DNA from: Chloroflexota bacterium | GTDB taxonomy: Bacteria; Chloroflexota; UBA11872; VXOZ01 | Reading direction: 5' to 3' | DNA length: 64,000 bases | NCBI GenBank assembly: GCA_963662335.2 | Contig: CAXXVD010000002.1 | Span: 32,001-96,000 of the forward strand | Shown here: positions 50,120 through 62,130 of the stretch, in pieces | Position numbering within the stretch: the stretch's first letter is position 1 | Layout of the letters: every line of letters begins with the position of its first letter | Program-made: the position numbers and the translations under genes | Notes under the pieces: generated by a model | What the model was told of the DNA's origin: nothing | Seen by the model: only the letters and a program-made list of their open reading frames with translations | Databases searched by the model: none

Positions 50120-50432
50120 ACACTACTCCTCCCGAAGCTACAGACATCGCATCGTAACGCTATGCTCATATAATCGCACATTTCTGCGCAAATCAGAAGG
50201 GGTTGACTTGAGTGTGAAACGCACACACTCCCTATAGCGACGTATATGCAGGATCGGTGTTCGCTAGGCGCTTTTCGGGCTCGTCTTGCGCCGAGGACGT
50301 GCTTACCCGCGGCATTGTGACCTGGGCGCCGCCTGCCAATCTGCTACCCTTGACATTAATTCGACATTGTCCAAGATTTAGAACACGTCACTCAAAGTAG
50401 ATTAGCCGCAACGCAGCACATGAGGAGTCACT

Positions 50433-51482
50433 ATGCGCGCGCTATATGCAAACAATCGCGGTGAGACATTTCTCAAGGAAGTGCCCGACCCCGCATTGGG
50501 AGAATCTGGAGTCCTGATAGAAACCACCGTCTCCGTGCTGGGCACCGGCTCGGAGGTCGGCGGCGTGGCCGGCGCGCGCCGCGCCGCGCAAGCGGGGAAC
50601 GCGCCGGACGACGTGCGCGAGCGGCCCATGAGCTACCAATCGGCGGGCCGGGTGGTGGCCGTCACGCCGGACTTGCAGTCGCACTACGCGCCGGGCGACC
50701 GGGTGGTGGCGGTGGGCGGCGGCTTTGCGCCCCATGCCGAGCGCGCGTTCGTCATCCGCCACAACTTTGCCAAGATCCCGGACGGCCTGGACACGGCGGA
50801 TGCCGCCACCGCCAATATCGGCCTCACCGCGCTCCACGCCCTGCGCCGCGCGCAGTTTCTGCCGGGCGAGACTGCCGCCGTCATCGGCCTGGGGCTGGTG
50901 GGCCAGATGATCGGTCAGATGGTGCGCATGACGGGCGGCCGCGCCATCGGCATCGACCTCATCTCGTTTCGCCTAGAAAAGGCGCGGGAACTGGGAATCG
51001 ACCTGACCCTGCACGGCACTGCGGACGAACTGGCCGCGGCGGTGGCGGACTACACCTGCGGCCTGGGCGTGGACGTCTCGTTCGTGGCGGCCGGCGGCGG
51101 GCCGGTGCCGGGACGCTTGGGCGTGCGCCTGGTGCGGCCCAGCGGGCGCGTGATGATGATTGGCGGCCTGGTGCCGGACTTCACCGTGAGCCACCCGGAC
51201 GCCAATCCCCACACCAAGGAAATCGACATTCGCTGGGTCTTTGGCCGCGGCCCCGGCAGCCGCGACCAGGACTACCTGCACGCCCGCGCCGACTACCCCA
51301 ACCGTTTCGTCCAGTGGGACCAGGAGCGCAATCTCAACGCGCTGCTCCACATGCAGGCCAGCGGCCAGGTGAACGTCGGCCCGCTGCTCACCCACCGCTT
51401 CCCGTTCAGCGAAGCGCCACGAGCGGTAGATCTCCTGATCGACCACCCCGATGAGGCCCTGGCGGTGGCGCTGGAGTATTGA
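50433..51482 (+). CDS. MDR (zinc-binding ADH-like) oxidoreductase
   Basis: GTGSE, GDRV, VIGLGLVG, LLTHRFPF. Confidence 0.85.
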   Translation: MRALYANNRGETFLKEVPDPALGESGVLIETTVSVLGTGSEVGGVAGARRAAQAGNAPDDVRERPMSYQSAGRVVAVTPDLQSHYAPGDRVVAVGGGFAPHAERAFVIRHNFAKIPDGLDTADAATANIGLTALHALRRAQFLPGETAAVIGLGLVGQMIGQMVRMTGGRAIGIDLISFRLEKARELGIDLTLHGTADELAAAVADYTCGLGVDVSFVAAGGGPVPGRLGVRLVRPSGRVMMIGGLVPDFTVSHPDANPHTKEIDIRWVFGRGPGSRDQDYLHARADYPNRFVQWDQERNLNALLHMQASGQVNVGPLLTHRFPFSEAPRAVDLLIDHPDEALAVALEY

Positions 51483-51824
51483 GCGCACTGAAGCACTACT
51501 GCTCCGCCATTAGACGCTTGATGCAGATTGGTTTAGCCATTGAAGCGCGTGGCCAATGCCAGCGGTGGACGACCGAGGTGCCGGATCCGGGCGTTTCAAT
51601 GCTTATGTTGCGATATAGGAAACTACAATGTTAAGAACGTTCTGCAAATACCGCCAAAATAGACGATAAATTACATAATAAAGGTTGCATTCTTCGGATT
51701 CATGGTCTATACTACCTTCTAGGTTTGATTTTCTAAACATGCAGTTAGGAGGACTCGATGCTACGTCGCGACGGAGCGGCGGTGTGCGCGGCCGCGCCCG
51801 CACAGAGACTGGGAAGGGGCGCCA

Positions 51825-52748
51825 ATGAGCGACACTAGCCCCGTCATTCAGACGGAAGGACTCACCAAGCGCTACGGCAAGATCCTCGCCGTGGACAATC
51901 TCTCGTTGACCGTGCCGCGCGGCCACGTCTTTGGCCTATTGGGCCCCAACGGCTCCGGCAAAACCACCACCATGGGCATGTTGCTGGGCTTGGTGGCGCC
52001 CACCGCCGGCAGCTTTCGCTTGTTTGGCGGGAGCGGGAACCACCAGAACGCCCTGCGCCGGGTGGGCGCGATTGTGGAGACGCCGGCCTTCTATCCCTAC
52101 CTTTCGGGGCGCGACAACCTGGCCTACTTCCAGGGCGTGCTGGGTCGCGGCACTGCCAAAGAACTCGACGACCTGCTGGCGCGGGTCGGCCTGGCGGAGC
52201 GCGGCGGCGACCGCTTCCACACCTACTCCCTGGGCATGAAGCAGCGCCTGGGCCTGGCCTACGCCCTGCTGGGCGACCCGGAGTTGCTCTTCCTGGACGA
52301 ACCCACCAACGGCATGGACCCGGCCGGCATGGCCGAAATCCGCGACTTGATTCGCAGCCTGGGCACGGAAGACCGCACGGTATTCCTCTCCAGCCACCTG
52401 CTCAACGAGGTGGAGCAGGTCTGCGACAGCCTGGTCATCCTCTCCAAGGGCAAACTGATCGCCCAGGGCAGCGTGGCCGACCTGCTGCAAGGGCGCGGCC
52501 AGACCCGCCTGCGCACTACCGATAACGCGCAGGCGCTCACGATTCTCTCGGCCCTGGACTGGGTTGAGGAAGCCAAGCTGGACGGCGAGACCCTGGTGGT
52601 GACGGCCCCGCCGGAGCGCGCGCCGGAACTGAGCGCGGCCCTGGGCCAGGCTGAAATCTACGTCACCGAGATGACCAGCGGCGCGGAATCCCTGGAAAGC
52701 TACTTCCTGGAAATCACCGCCGCGGAGGAAGGAGAGGCAGCCACATGA
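51825..52748 (+). CDS. ABC transporter ATP-binding protein (BcrA/CcmA-like exporter)
   Basis: GPNGSGKTT, YSLGMKQR, LDEPTNG, SSH. Confidence 0.93.
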   Translation: MSDTSPVIQTEGLTKRYGKILAVDNLSLTVPRGHVFGLLGPNGSGKTTTMGMLLGLVAPTAGSFRLFGGSGNHQNALRRVGAIVETPAFYPYLSGRDNLAYFQGVLGRGTAKELDDLLARVGLAERGGDRFHTYSLGMKQRLGLAYALLGDPELLFLDEPTNGMDPAGMAEIRDLIRSLGTEDRTVFLSSHLLNEVEQVCDSLVILSKGKLIAQGSVADLLQGRGQTRLRTTDNAQALTILSALDWVEEAKLDGETLVVTAPPERAPELSAALGQAEIYVTEMTSGAESLESYFLEITAAEEGEAAT

Positions 52749-53794
52749 TCGGCCAGGTCTTGCGACTTACCGTCTGGGAGTGGCACAAGCTCCGCCGCCG
52801 GGCGCTGCCCTGGATACTGCTGGGAATCGTCGTCGTCCTGATGCAGGTAGCGGTCTGGGGCGCGTACGCCGTGTACCGCACCGAACCCTTCTCGCCGACG
52901 CACGGCGTTTCCATTAACGATGAGACTGACGAAGACGTAACGGTGTTCGAAGCGTCATGGACGTGCAAGGACGTGCGCGGCGACCGCATCCCGCCGGAGG
53001 TGGAGAACGTCGCCGACGAGCATCGGGAACGCGCGCTCGCCAGTGTGGAGGGTTTCCGCGAAACGTGTGAAGGCTACGAGGAGTTCCGCGCGTTCACGAG
53101 CAACGCGGTCCTGCTGCCGAACAGCATTCTCCTGGGCTTCGACCTGCTGCAAGGCACCCTGTTCATTCTCGTCAGCATCCTGGCCGCGGCGGCGCTGGGC
53201 GGTGAATACGGCTGGGGCACGCTGCGCACGGTGTTGACCAAAGGCGCGGGCCGCTGGCAGTTTCTGACGGCAAAGCTCCTCGCCGTCATGTTCAAGACGC
53301 TGGTGGGACTGGCCATTGCCGCGGCCGGGGTGGCCCTGAGCAGCCTCTTGATTAGCGCGCTGGGCCTGGAAGTGGAAACGCCGCTGGGCTTGGCGGAATG
53401 GCCGGACGTGCCGCTGAAGATCGGCGCGCTGCTCTATAGCTTCTTGCCGTACGTCATGCTGGCGCTGCTCATCACGGCCCTCGCCCAGTCCACGGCTGCG
53501 GGCATCACCGCGTTTGTCGTTTACTACCTAATCGAGGCAACGCTCTTCCCGCCCCTGGAGAATCTGGACTGGTTCAAGCGGGTGTCCGAGTACCTGCTCA
53601 GCCCCAACGCCGATGCCTTGCTTGCTTCGACCTACGGCGAGGTCTCCGTCACGCTCGGCAACGGCGGCGGCAACGGCGCACAGCCGGACGTCCTCCACGC
53701 CATGGTCGTGTTGGCGGTCTACACCCTCGTCTTCGGCGCGGCCACGTTCTGGCTCTTCCAACGGCGGGACATCGCGGGGGCGAAAGGCGGCTAA
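52745..53794 (+). CDS. ABC-2 type permease
   Basis: GGEYGWGTLRTVL, FQRRDI; ATGA overlap with the ATPase gene. Confidence 0.88.
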   Translation: MIGQVLRLTVWEWHKLRRRALPWILLGIVVVLMQVAVWGAYAVYRTEPFSPTHGVSINDETDEDVTVFEASWTCKDVRGDRIPPEVENVADEHRERALASVEGFRETCEGYEEFRAFTSNAVLLPNSILLGFDLLQGTLFILVSILAAAALGGEYGWGTLRTVLTKGAGRWQFLTAKLLAVMFKTLVGLAIAAAGVALSSLLISALGLEVETPLGLAEWPDVPLKIGALLYSFLPYVMLALLITALAQSTAAGITAFVVYYLIEATLFPPLENLDWFKRVSEYLLSPNADALLASTYGEVSVTLGNGGGNGAQPDVLHAMVVLAVYTLVFGAATFWLFQRRDIAGAKGG

Positions 53795-53852
53795 GCGGCC
53801 GGCGATCCGATCGCGACTTAGCAGGCGGCGGGCTTTAGGCAGTTTCGCTCCC

Positions 53853-53887
53853 AAAGTGGGCGCAGGGTTGCATCCTGCGCCCACTTT
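53853..53887. terminator. Hairpin after the ABC operon
   Basis: AAAGTGGGCGCAGG-N7-CCTGCGCCCACTTT. Confidence 0.55.
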
Positions 53888-54199
53888 CTCCATACACAAG
53901 AGAGCCGACATTCGCGCAATCGATAGACTGAGACGGAAGCAATGCAGACACCGGTGTGCTCGCTGTTGATAGTAGGGGAAACTGTCAAGAAACTTTGCGT
54001 AGCACGGTCGCATTCTGGCTACAATGGATCGGCCATAGGAGTACAAGAGTTAGAGAATGTAGAGAGTGCTGTAGTCATGGGCAGTAGATGCGAAGAGCTC
54101 CGAAAGGAGGACGGACAACAATTCTCTTCGTCAGCCGCCCTGAATGTTCAGGGGCTGGTTGCCATCTGCGAGTGCTCGGACAGTCAGGATACGCTCACG

Positions 54200-54730
54200 C
54201 TAGATAAGCCCGGCTCCTTCAAGAGTTTGGTAAGCGCTTTCAATTGTCTGTCGATTGAATTTTGGCTTTATCTCGCCGACAGTCCTCAAGACTTCATCCT
54301 TAGACTGCTCTTCGTGCACCCCAGCAATAAAGTGGATTGTGGCAGAAAGCTCAAGCACATGGGTATCGAGAGAATTGAGTGCGCTAATCGCTCCATCGAT
54401 TTCTGCCCCATTAGAGAATTCCGATATGTCCTGTGCTTGCGACCAGGCTCCTCCATCTGCCGTACCCGGCGTCACATGAAATCCGAATCCGTCAGGGTCA
54501 GGATTGATGTCGACTAATCCAAGCGCCTTAGCAAGGGATAGCACACCGTCAAGATCATCCGAATAGGGACCAAAGTAATGTATCCTGAATCGGTACTCTA
54601 AAGGAGCGCCGACTGATTCTTGCAGAAAGTACGTAATCTTCTGGATCTTGGTCTTGCCAATGTCCTGACACGAGGAAACTATCCTCTCAACGATCGCCAA
54701 TCTAAATGACAGCAGTTGTTGGTCTCTCAT
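54200..54730 (-). CDS. YwgA/SocA(Panacea)-like winged-helix protein
   Basis: GKTKIQKITYFLQ and FRIHYFGPYSDDL motifs; LELSATIHF. Confidence 0.7.
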   Translation of the reverse strand: MRDQQLLSFRLAIVERIVSSCQDIGKTKIQKITYFLQESVGAPLEYRFRIHYFGPYSDDLDGVLSLAKALGLVDINPDPDGFGFHVTPGTADGGAWSQAQDISEFSNGAEIDGAISALNSLDTHVLELSATIHFIAGVHEEQSKDEVLRTVGEIKPKFNRQTIESAYQTLEGAGLI

Positions 54731-54742
54731 GGTTTGCTCCTT

Positions 54743-56050
54743 CTAGTTTACTATTGTGCCACAAAATCCTGCTATTTCTCTCTCTAAGGCTTCGTCTTCT
54801 CCAACGTCAGCATATACTCTAAACTGAATGACTTCGTCTAAGCCATACAGAGCCTTAGAGAGGCTCTTGAGAGAGGCCCACCTACCGTCTCTTCTTTGAA
54901 TCGACAACTCCTCGTCGCCCATTTTGTATCTCTCTGGATGGTCGGTTGCTTTGTCAGTCCAGATTTCGACATTGGGATAGTTGGCTTGCAACTCTTGAGG
55001 CAGCAGCATCGCGCGGTTAACTAACGCTGAGTCGGCGTGATCGCCAGTTTGAAAGACGGGCTTCGGGTGCTTTCGGGCGGCCAGTCTCCACGCCAGGTTC
55101 CTCGCGCCCTCGTCCCGACGCTCGTTCAACTCCGCCAAGACGTTCCAGTCACTCCATTTAATGTACTCTGCTACTTGGTCGGGGTAGTGTTCCAAGTCTA
55201 GCCTGTCTTGCAGTAGCTCATGAATGAAGTCGGTCAGTATCAGATCGTATGCGCGGCGAACCGCATGAAAATACACCTGGGTGAACATAAAATACCTTGC
55301 TAGAATAAATCCCTCTATTGCGTGAATGCCACCGTATTCAACTCCCAGCCTGAGAACGCCGTCCGGGTTTTCGTCATAGAGCGTAATCGTATCGATAATT
55401 CTGTCCAGGTCAAACGAGCCATATCGAACGCCGCAATACAATGAGTCGCGTAGCAGGTAGTCCATCTTGTCGACGTCCCACACACTGTCAATCAGCTCTC
55501 GCACGAATCCAACTTCATATATTCCTCTCTCTTGGAGTATGGCAACTACCCTCTGCGTAGTCACGCCGAAATTACGTTCCAAGTCGTCGATGATGGGACA
55601 TATCCCCATCTCAGGCGAGAGCACTATCTCTTCACTGTATTGTTCGTGCTGTTTGCCTTTTGGAAATAGCGTCTTCTCTCCCGTGTGAGAGAACGGCGCA
55701 TGGCCAATGTCGTGCAGCAGTCCAGCTAGGCGAGCCTCCAACACGATCTGATCCACTTTCGATTTGAATTCGCCCTCAGACCATCCTTGTCTCTCTTTTA
55801 GTAGCTGCTTGTGCTTAGGGTGCCGAAGTATCTTCTCGACGAATCGCCCCGCTAGGTGCATCACGCCCAATGAGTGGCCGAAACGAGAGTGCTCCGCGCC
55901 GTGATAAACGTATGAGGACAGTCCCAATTGCCGAATGCCGCGCAGCCGCTGAAAGACTGGCGTGTCGATTATCTCCTTTTCCCAATCGAATACACCAATA
56001 TACCCGTGTATCGGGTCTCTGAAAGTTCTGGTCGGTTCAGGCAAAGGCAT
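54743..56050 (-). CDS. HD-domain phosphohydrolase, YwfO/SAMHD1-like dNTP triphosphohydrolase family
   Basis: RDPIHG, FQRLRGIRQLG, HSRFGHSLG, LLHDIGHAPFSH, DVDKMDYLLRD, QVYFH. Confidence 0.88.
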   Translation of the reverse strand: MPLPEPTRTFRDPIHGYIGVFDWEKEIIDTPVFQRLRGIRQLGLSSYVYHGAEHSRFGHSLGVMHLAGRFVEKILRHPKHKQLLKERQGWSEGEFKSKVDQIVLEARLAGLLHDIGHAPFSHTGEKTLFPKGKQHEQYSEEIVLSPEMGICPIIDDLERNFGVTTQRVVAILQERGIYEVGFVRELIDSVWDVDKMDYLLRDSLYCGVRYGSFDLDRIIDTITLYDENPDGVLRLGVEYGGIHAIEGFILARYFMFTQVYFHAVRRAYDLILTDFIHELLQDRLDLEHYPDQVAEYIKWSDWNVLAELNERRDEGARNLAWRLAARKHPKPVFQTGDHADSALVNRAMLLPQELQANYPNVEIWTDKATDHPERYKMGDEELSIQRRDGRWASLKSLSKALYGLDEVIQFRVYADVGEDEALEREIAGFCGTIVN

Positions 56051-56189
56051 GGCGAGTCTCGGCAAGGACCTATCTTCTACTGAGGTGAGTTTAGCACTGA
56101 AGCGGTGACATAGTCTCGCGACTGTCGCTCAAAGCCGTAGTAGGGCAGGGTTTAGGCAGATGGTTAGTCTCACAGAGAACAAAACCCAA

Positions 56190-56374
56190 ATGGCCCGAGT
56201 CGCTCGACGACATCAAGGAACGCTATGCGGCGTTAGATTTGAAACTGGAGGTCGCTGGGCCGGAGGACATCGACGCCGCGCCTGCTGGTCTTTCCGTATG
56301 AGTACGACGACAGTCTGGCTAAGGTGGTGTTAGAGACGAGCGATTTCACAGCGGTCTGCCCGTGGACCGGACTG
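56190..56374 (+). pseudogene. queF: Degenerate duplicate of the 5' part of queF
   Basis: Aligns with 60267-60452 (e.g. TGCTGGTCTTTCCGTATGAGTACGACGACA); small indels break the frame. Confidence 0.85.
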
Positions 56375-56375
56375 A

Positions 56376-56402
56376 CGGCGGAAACCGTTCAGGAGGCGTC
56401 AT
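56376..56402 (-). pseudogene. 9-codon stump of a HEPN gene (MTPPERFPP)
   Basis: ATG overlaps the MNT gene end; resembles the MPPERFPPDDPREW start I recall for HEPN partners; cut at the queF remnant. Confidence 0.55.
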
Positions 56403-56706
56403 ACACGACAATTCCTTCTGCGAGCGCGGGCTTGATGACCAGCGCGTGGCTGTCCCGGTAGCGCTCTACGTCCGCGGGCGAGACCATTACGGCGTCTACC
56501 GCCGCGCCGACGCCGTGCAGCCTGCGGTAGACTTGCCCCACCAATTTGCGCGAGTGCCCGCCTTCTCGGACAATGAGCAGGTCCACATCGCTATTGGAGC
56601 CCATGTCGCCGCGAGCGGCAGAGCCGAAGAGGATGATCTTCTCCGGGCGGACAGTCTCGACAATCCGGCTGACGATGTCCGCCAATACCGCTTCATCGAG
56701 CGTCAT
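56389..56706 (-). CDS. Minimal nucleotidyltransferase (MNT/MntA-like)
   Basis: IILFGSAARGDMGSNSDVDLLIV. Confidence 0.88.
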   Translation of the reverse strand: MTLDEAVLADIVSRIVETVRPEKIILFGSAARGDMGSNSDVDLLIVREGGHSRKLVGQVYRRLHGVGAAVDAVMVSPADVERYRDSHALVIKPALAEGIVVYDAS

Positions 56707-56980
56707 GGGACAATCCAATTCTCTGCTATCGCGCGTTTATTTCCGCGTCCGCCTCACGGCAGCGACAAAGGTCTCGCCGGGCGGCGTGCCAACGGCCGCT
56801 GCCAGCAACATACCACGCAGGTGGACTTGAGCCAAGCCGGTCCGGTTCCTGGCGGCGCCGGTCGTTTTGGGCGCAGCCGGTTCAACGCCAACGCTCTTCC
56901 CTAGACATGAGTGTGCTAGAATCGCTTCAACTGATCGGCAGTGGTCCCGGTCGGCGCGCGGCGGCCTTTAGGGGGAACCG

Positions 56981-57370
56981 ATGGCCACACTCAGCATATT
57001 CGTGAGTTTCGAGTTTGACAAAGACGAGAACCTCAAGAGCAAGTTCTACGCAGAGGCCAAGAGTGAGACGCACCATCGGGTGGTTAATAGGGCGCTAAAC
57101 GAAGCGTATCCGAGTAACGCTTGGAAGAAGAAGGCGCGGGAAGCCATAGTAGCAAGTGACGTTGTCGTCGTCTTGATCGGTCAGGACACGCACAACGCGC
57201 AAGGCGTCAGAGTGGAAACGGACATGGCGCGCGGCCGGCAGAAGCCAATTATCCAGATTAGGCCGCAGGGCAGCACACACACCGGGCTAAAGCATCTCAA
57301 CAAGCCAATCGCGTGGCACTGGCAGACCATCAACGCCAAGCTGGATGCTATAGCGCCGCGGAAACGTTGA
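56981..57370 (+). CDS. TIR-like domain protein (ThsB/DUF1863-like)
   Basis: IFVSF..D, SDVVVVLIGQDT, GVRVE (catalytic Glu position), KPII. Confidence 0.8.
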   Translation: MATLSIFVSFEFDKDENLKSKFYAEAKSETHHRVVNRALNEAYPSNAWKKKAREAIVASDVVVVLIGQDTHNAQGVRVETDMARGRQKPIIQIRPQGSTHTGLKHLNKPIAWHWQTINAKLDAIAPRKR

Positions 57371-57413
57371 GCGGCCCCGTCAAGCTGCGGCATAACGGAG
57401 AGAGGAAGACGCG

Positions 57414-57854
57414 ATGGCAAGCGCAAACCTGGATGTAGAGTCCGCCGCCGTTCAGACTCATCTCACCATCATGCAAGACGTGATACGGCGCATGGCGGAG
57501 AACAGCCGCTCGTGCAAGGTATGGTGCGTCACGCTGGTTGCCGCCGTCCTGGTTTTGGCGGCGCAGAACGGCAACGCCGATCACGCCTTGATCGCGCTGG
57601 TTCCCGCGCTCCTCTTTCTCGTGCTCGACACCTACTACCTGGCTTTGGAGCGCGGCTTCCGCAATTCATACGACGCGTTTGTCCGCAAGCTGCATTGCGG
57701 CACGCTAACCCCCTGCGACCTCTACGTCGTCAAGCCAACGGAAGCCATCCCCAAGCTGTTCCTGCAATGCCTGCCGTCCTTCTCGATCTGGCCCTTCTAC
57801 GTGATGGTAGCGGGCATGGCAGTCATCCTTGCCCGGTGGTTGATAGCCCCTTGA
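57414..57854 (+). CDS. Small 3-TM protein, putative membrane effector
   Basis: HLTIMQDVIRRMAENS..CKVW, LDTYYLALERGFRNSYD; co-oriented 43 nt after TIR. Confidence 0.75.
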   Translation: MASANLDVESAAVQTHLTIMQDVIRRMAENSRSCKVWCVTLVAAVLVLAAQNGNADHALIALVPALLFLVLDTYYLALERGFRNSYDAFVRKLHCGTLTPCDLYVVKPTEAIPKLFLQCLPSFSIWPFYVMVAGMAVILARWLIAP

Positions 57855-58018
57855 CGCTGCGGGGAGAGGAAGTGAGTAGGGAGGCCCCGGTTTAGCCCAC
57901 TTCCGCAAGAGGCTTGGCTTCCTGGAGCTAGCGGACACCGCGCACGGGCATTGTTCCGCGCTTGTCCCGCGCCGCCGCTTCACGAACCGCGTTCCAGGTA
58001 GTAGAATGCTACCCGTAG

Positions 58019-60214
<2,196 letters not shown>

Positions 60215-60266
60215 AACGAGCGAGGCGCGCGCCGGCGCCATGAGCGGTAGCAAGAAGGAGGCGCCG

Positions 60267-60707
60267 GTGGCCGAGTCATTGGACGACATCAAGGAGCGCT
60301 ATGAAGCGCTTGACGTGAAACTGGACGTTGCCGGTGAGGAGGCCATCGACACCGCGCTCTTGCTGGTCTTTCCGTATGAGTACGACGACAATCCGGCTGA
60401 GGTGGTGATAAAGACCAGCGAGTTTACGGCGGTCTGTCCGTGGACCGGGCTGCCGGACACCGGCGACCTGACGATTACCTACGTGCCGGACTTGTATTGC
60501 CTCGAACTCAAGTCGCTCAAGTTCTACCTGCTTACCTACCGGCAGGTGGGCATCGTGCAGGAGCACGCCGCCGGCCGCATCTTGAACGACCTGGCGCAGG
60601 CGTGCCGCCCCCGCGCGCTGACCGTGCGCCTCGACTATACGCCCCGGGGCGGCCTGCACACGGTGGTCACCGCGCGCTACCCACCGGAGAAGGCTTCTTG
60701 CGCCTGA
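60267..60707 (+). CDS. queF: preQ0 reductase QueF (type I)
   Basis: EFTAVCPWTGLPD, ELKSLKFYL, PRGG; AAGGAGG RBS before GTG. Confidence 0.95.
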   Translation: MAESLDDIKERYEALDVKLDVAGEEAIDTALLLVFPYEYDDNPAEVVIKTSEFTAVCPWTGLPDTGDLTITYVPDLYCLELKSLKFYLLTYRQVGIVQEHAAGRILNDLAQACRPRALTVRLDYTPRGGLHTVVTARYPPEKASCA

Positions 60708-60751
60708 GCCCTCATTTGGGCCGTCTCATTTGGTTGGCTGTCTACCCCAGC

Positions 60752-61030
60752 TGTCATTCCGAGCGCAGCGAGGAATCTAGGGCGCAGAAGCGGTTCGCGA
60801 GCCGCCGCTGTCGCATTGAACAGTGCGAGGGGAAATCTCGTCCCCAGTATCCCCGGTTGCGCAGGTCTGTAACCTGCGAAGCATTAGGGCTAGTGCTCTA
60901 TGGGTCGGTTGCCCTAACTCCGGCGGGGGACAAGCCTCCGCGCTACATTAGTGCGACAACATTGGCGACAAGCCCCCGCGCTGCGCCAAGACTCGGCATG
61001 ACGCAGGGGCGGTTCGCGAACCGCCTCTAC
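60752..61030. repeat. REP-like cluster with MITE-1 end fragment
   Basis: TGTCATTCCGAGCGCAGCGAGGAATCTAG, GGGGGACAAGCC, TTAGTGCGACAACATTG. Confidence 0.7.
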
Positions 61031-61082
61031 GTCATTGGCGCGCGCATGGTCGGGGGGAGAACACCGCCGCGGGCAACGGCGC

Positions 61083-61835
61083 TTAGGCGTTCGCTGTCTC
61101 CGCGGCGTTCACGCTCGCCGCCGGGTCGCCGCCGAAGATACCGAACGGATTGAGCGAGCGCGGCGCGTCGTAGACGTCCATGCGCTCGGTGCGCTTGAGC
61201 CAGCCCACCACCAGGTAGGTCAGCGGCGTGGCGGCGATTTCGTAGGCGGTCTTGGCGAGCCAGGCGAGTATCATGGCGCGCGCCACCTCCTCCGCCGGCC
61301 AGAAGCCGGAGAGGCCGAACGCGATGCCGTAGAAGATGAACGAATCGACGCCTTGCCCCACAAACGTGGACGATATGGTGCGCAGCCAGAGAAAACGGCC
61401 CTGGGTGCGGTTCTTCAGCACCACCATTACCGTGGCGTTTGTGAATTCACCCACCAGGTACGCGGCGAACGAGCCGAGCAGCACCCAGCCGGTGGCGCCG
61501 AGGATTGCTGCGTAAGCGTCTTGGTCTTCCCAGAAGCCGGGAGCCGGCAGCGCGCCGCCCAGCCAGAAGATGACCACCATGAGCAGATTGCAGCCGAAAC
61601 CCAGCCAGATTACGCCCCGCGCCACGCGAAAGCCGTACACCTCGGTCAGCACGTCGCTGATGATGTAGCTCAGCGGAAAGCAGATAACGGCCACCGATAC
61701 GACGAAAGCCGTACTGCCGAGAAACGTGAACGGCAGGTCGAAGAGCGTGAGCGGCTTGGCGGCAATGATGTTGCTCACCAGCAGCACGGTGACGGCGATG
61801 GCAATGATAACGACCAGCTTGCCGGAAAACCGCAT
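61083..61835 (-). CDS. yhhQ: Queuosine precursor transporter (YhhQ/VUT family)
   Basis: SNIIAAK, DVLTEVYG, WLRTISSTFVGQGVDS; next to queF. Confidence 0.88.
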   Translation of the reverse strand: MRFSGKLVVIIAIAVTVLLVSNIIAAKPLTLFDLPFTFLGSTAFVVSVAVICFPLSYIISDVLTEVYGFRVARGVIWLGFGCNLLMVVIFWLGGALPAPGFWEDQDAYAAILGATGWVLLGSFAAYLVGEFTNATVMVVLKNRTQGRFLWLRTISSTFVGQGVDSFIFYGIAFGLSGFWPAEEVARAMILAWLAKTAYEIAATPLTYLVVGWLKRTERMDVYDAPRSLNPFGIFGGDPAASVNAAETANA

Positions 61836-61889
61836 GGATTCTCTCTTCCCTACCTACGGACGGGGAGGTGTGCCGGGAGTGTCGCAGGC

Positions 61890-61919
61890 AGTATAGTGGA
61901 AGGCGCGTGATTGGTTCAA
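61890..61919 (-). promoter_or_regulatory. Sigma70-type promoter of yhhQ
   Basis: TTGAAC - 18 nt - TATACT on the minus strand. Confidence 0.6.
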
Positions 61920-61967
61920 GGCGCGGCGCGCGCGACAACCGTCAGCCGTAACGCGGGGACTTGTCCC

Positions 61968-62130
61968 CAATGTTGTCGCATTAACGTAGCGCGGGGGCTT
62001 GTCCCCCGCCGGAGCCATTGAAACTGGCACGAAAAAGAATTGACCTAACAGCATCGCAGGTTACAAACCTGCGCTACCAGAAGTCTCGAACTCGAGTTTT
62101 GCTGTCTTTCTGATTAATGCGACAACATTA
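61968..62130 (+). mobile_element. MITE family 1 (IS4-like ends) inserted in a REP with 11-bp target duplication
   Basis: TIRs CAATGTTGTCGCATTAA / TTAATGCGACAACATTA; flanks GGACTTGTCCC and GGGCTTGTCCC. Confidence 0.75.

Noticed and set aside
53834-56159. TTTAGGCAG on both sides of the HD/YwgA island as att sites
   Set aside because: Only 9 bp, could be chance, and no recombinase nearby
61836-61890. preQ1 riboswitch upstream of yhhQ
   Set aside because: Short leader without the preQ1-I stem-loop and A-rich tail
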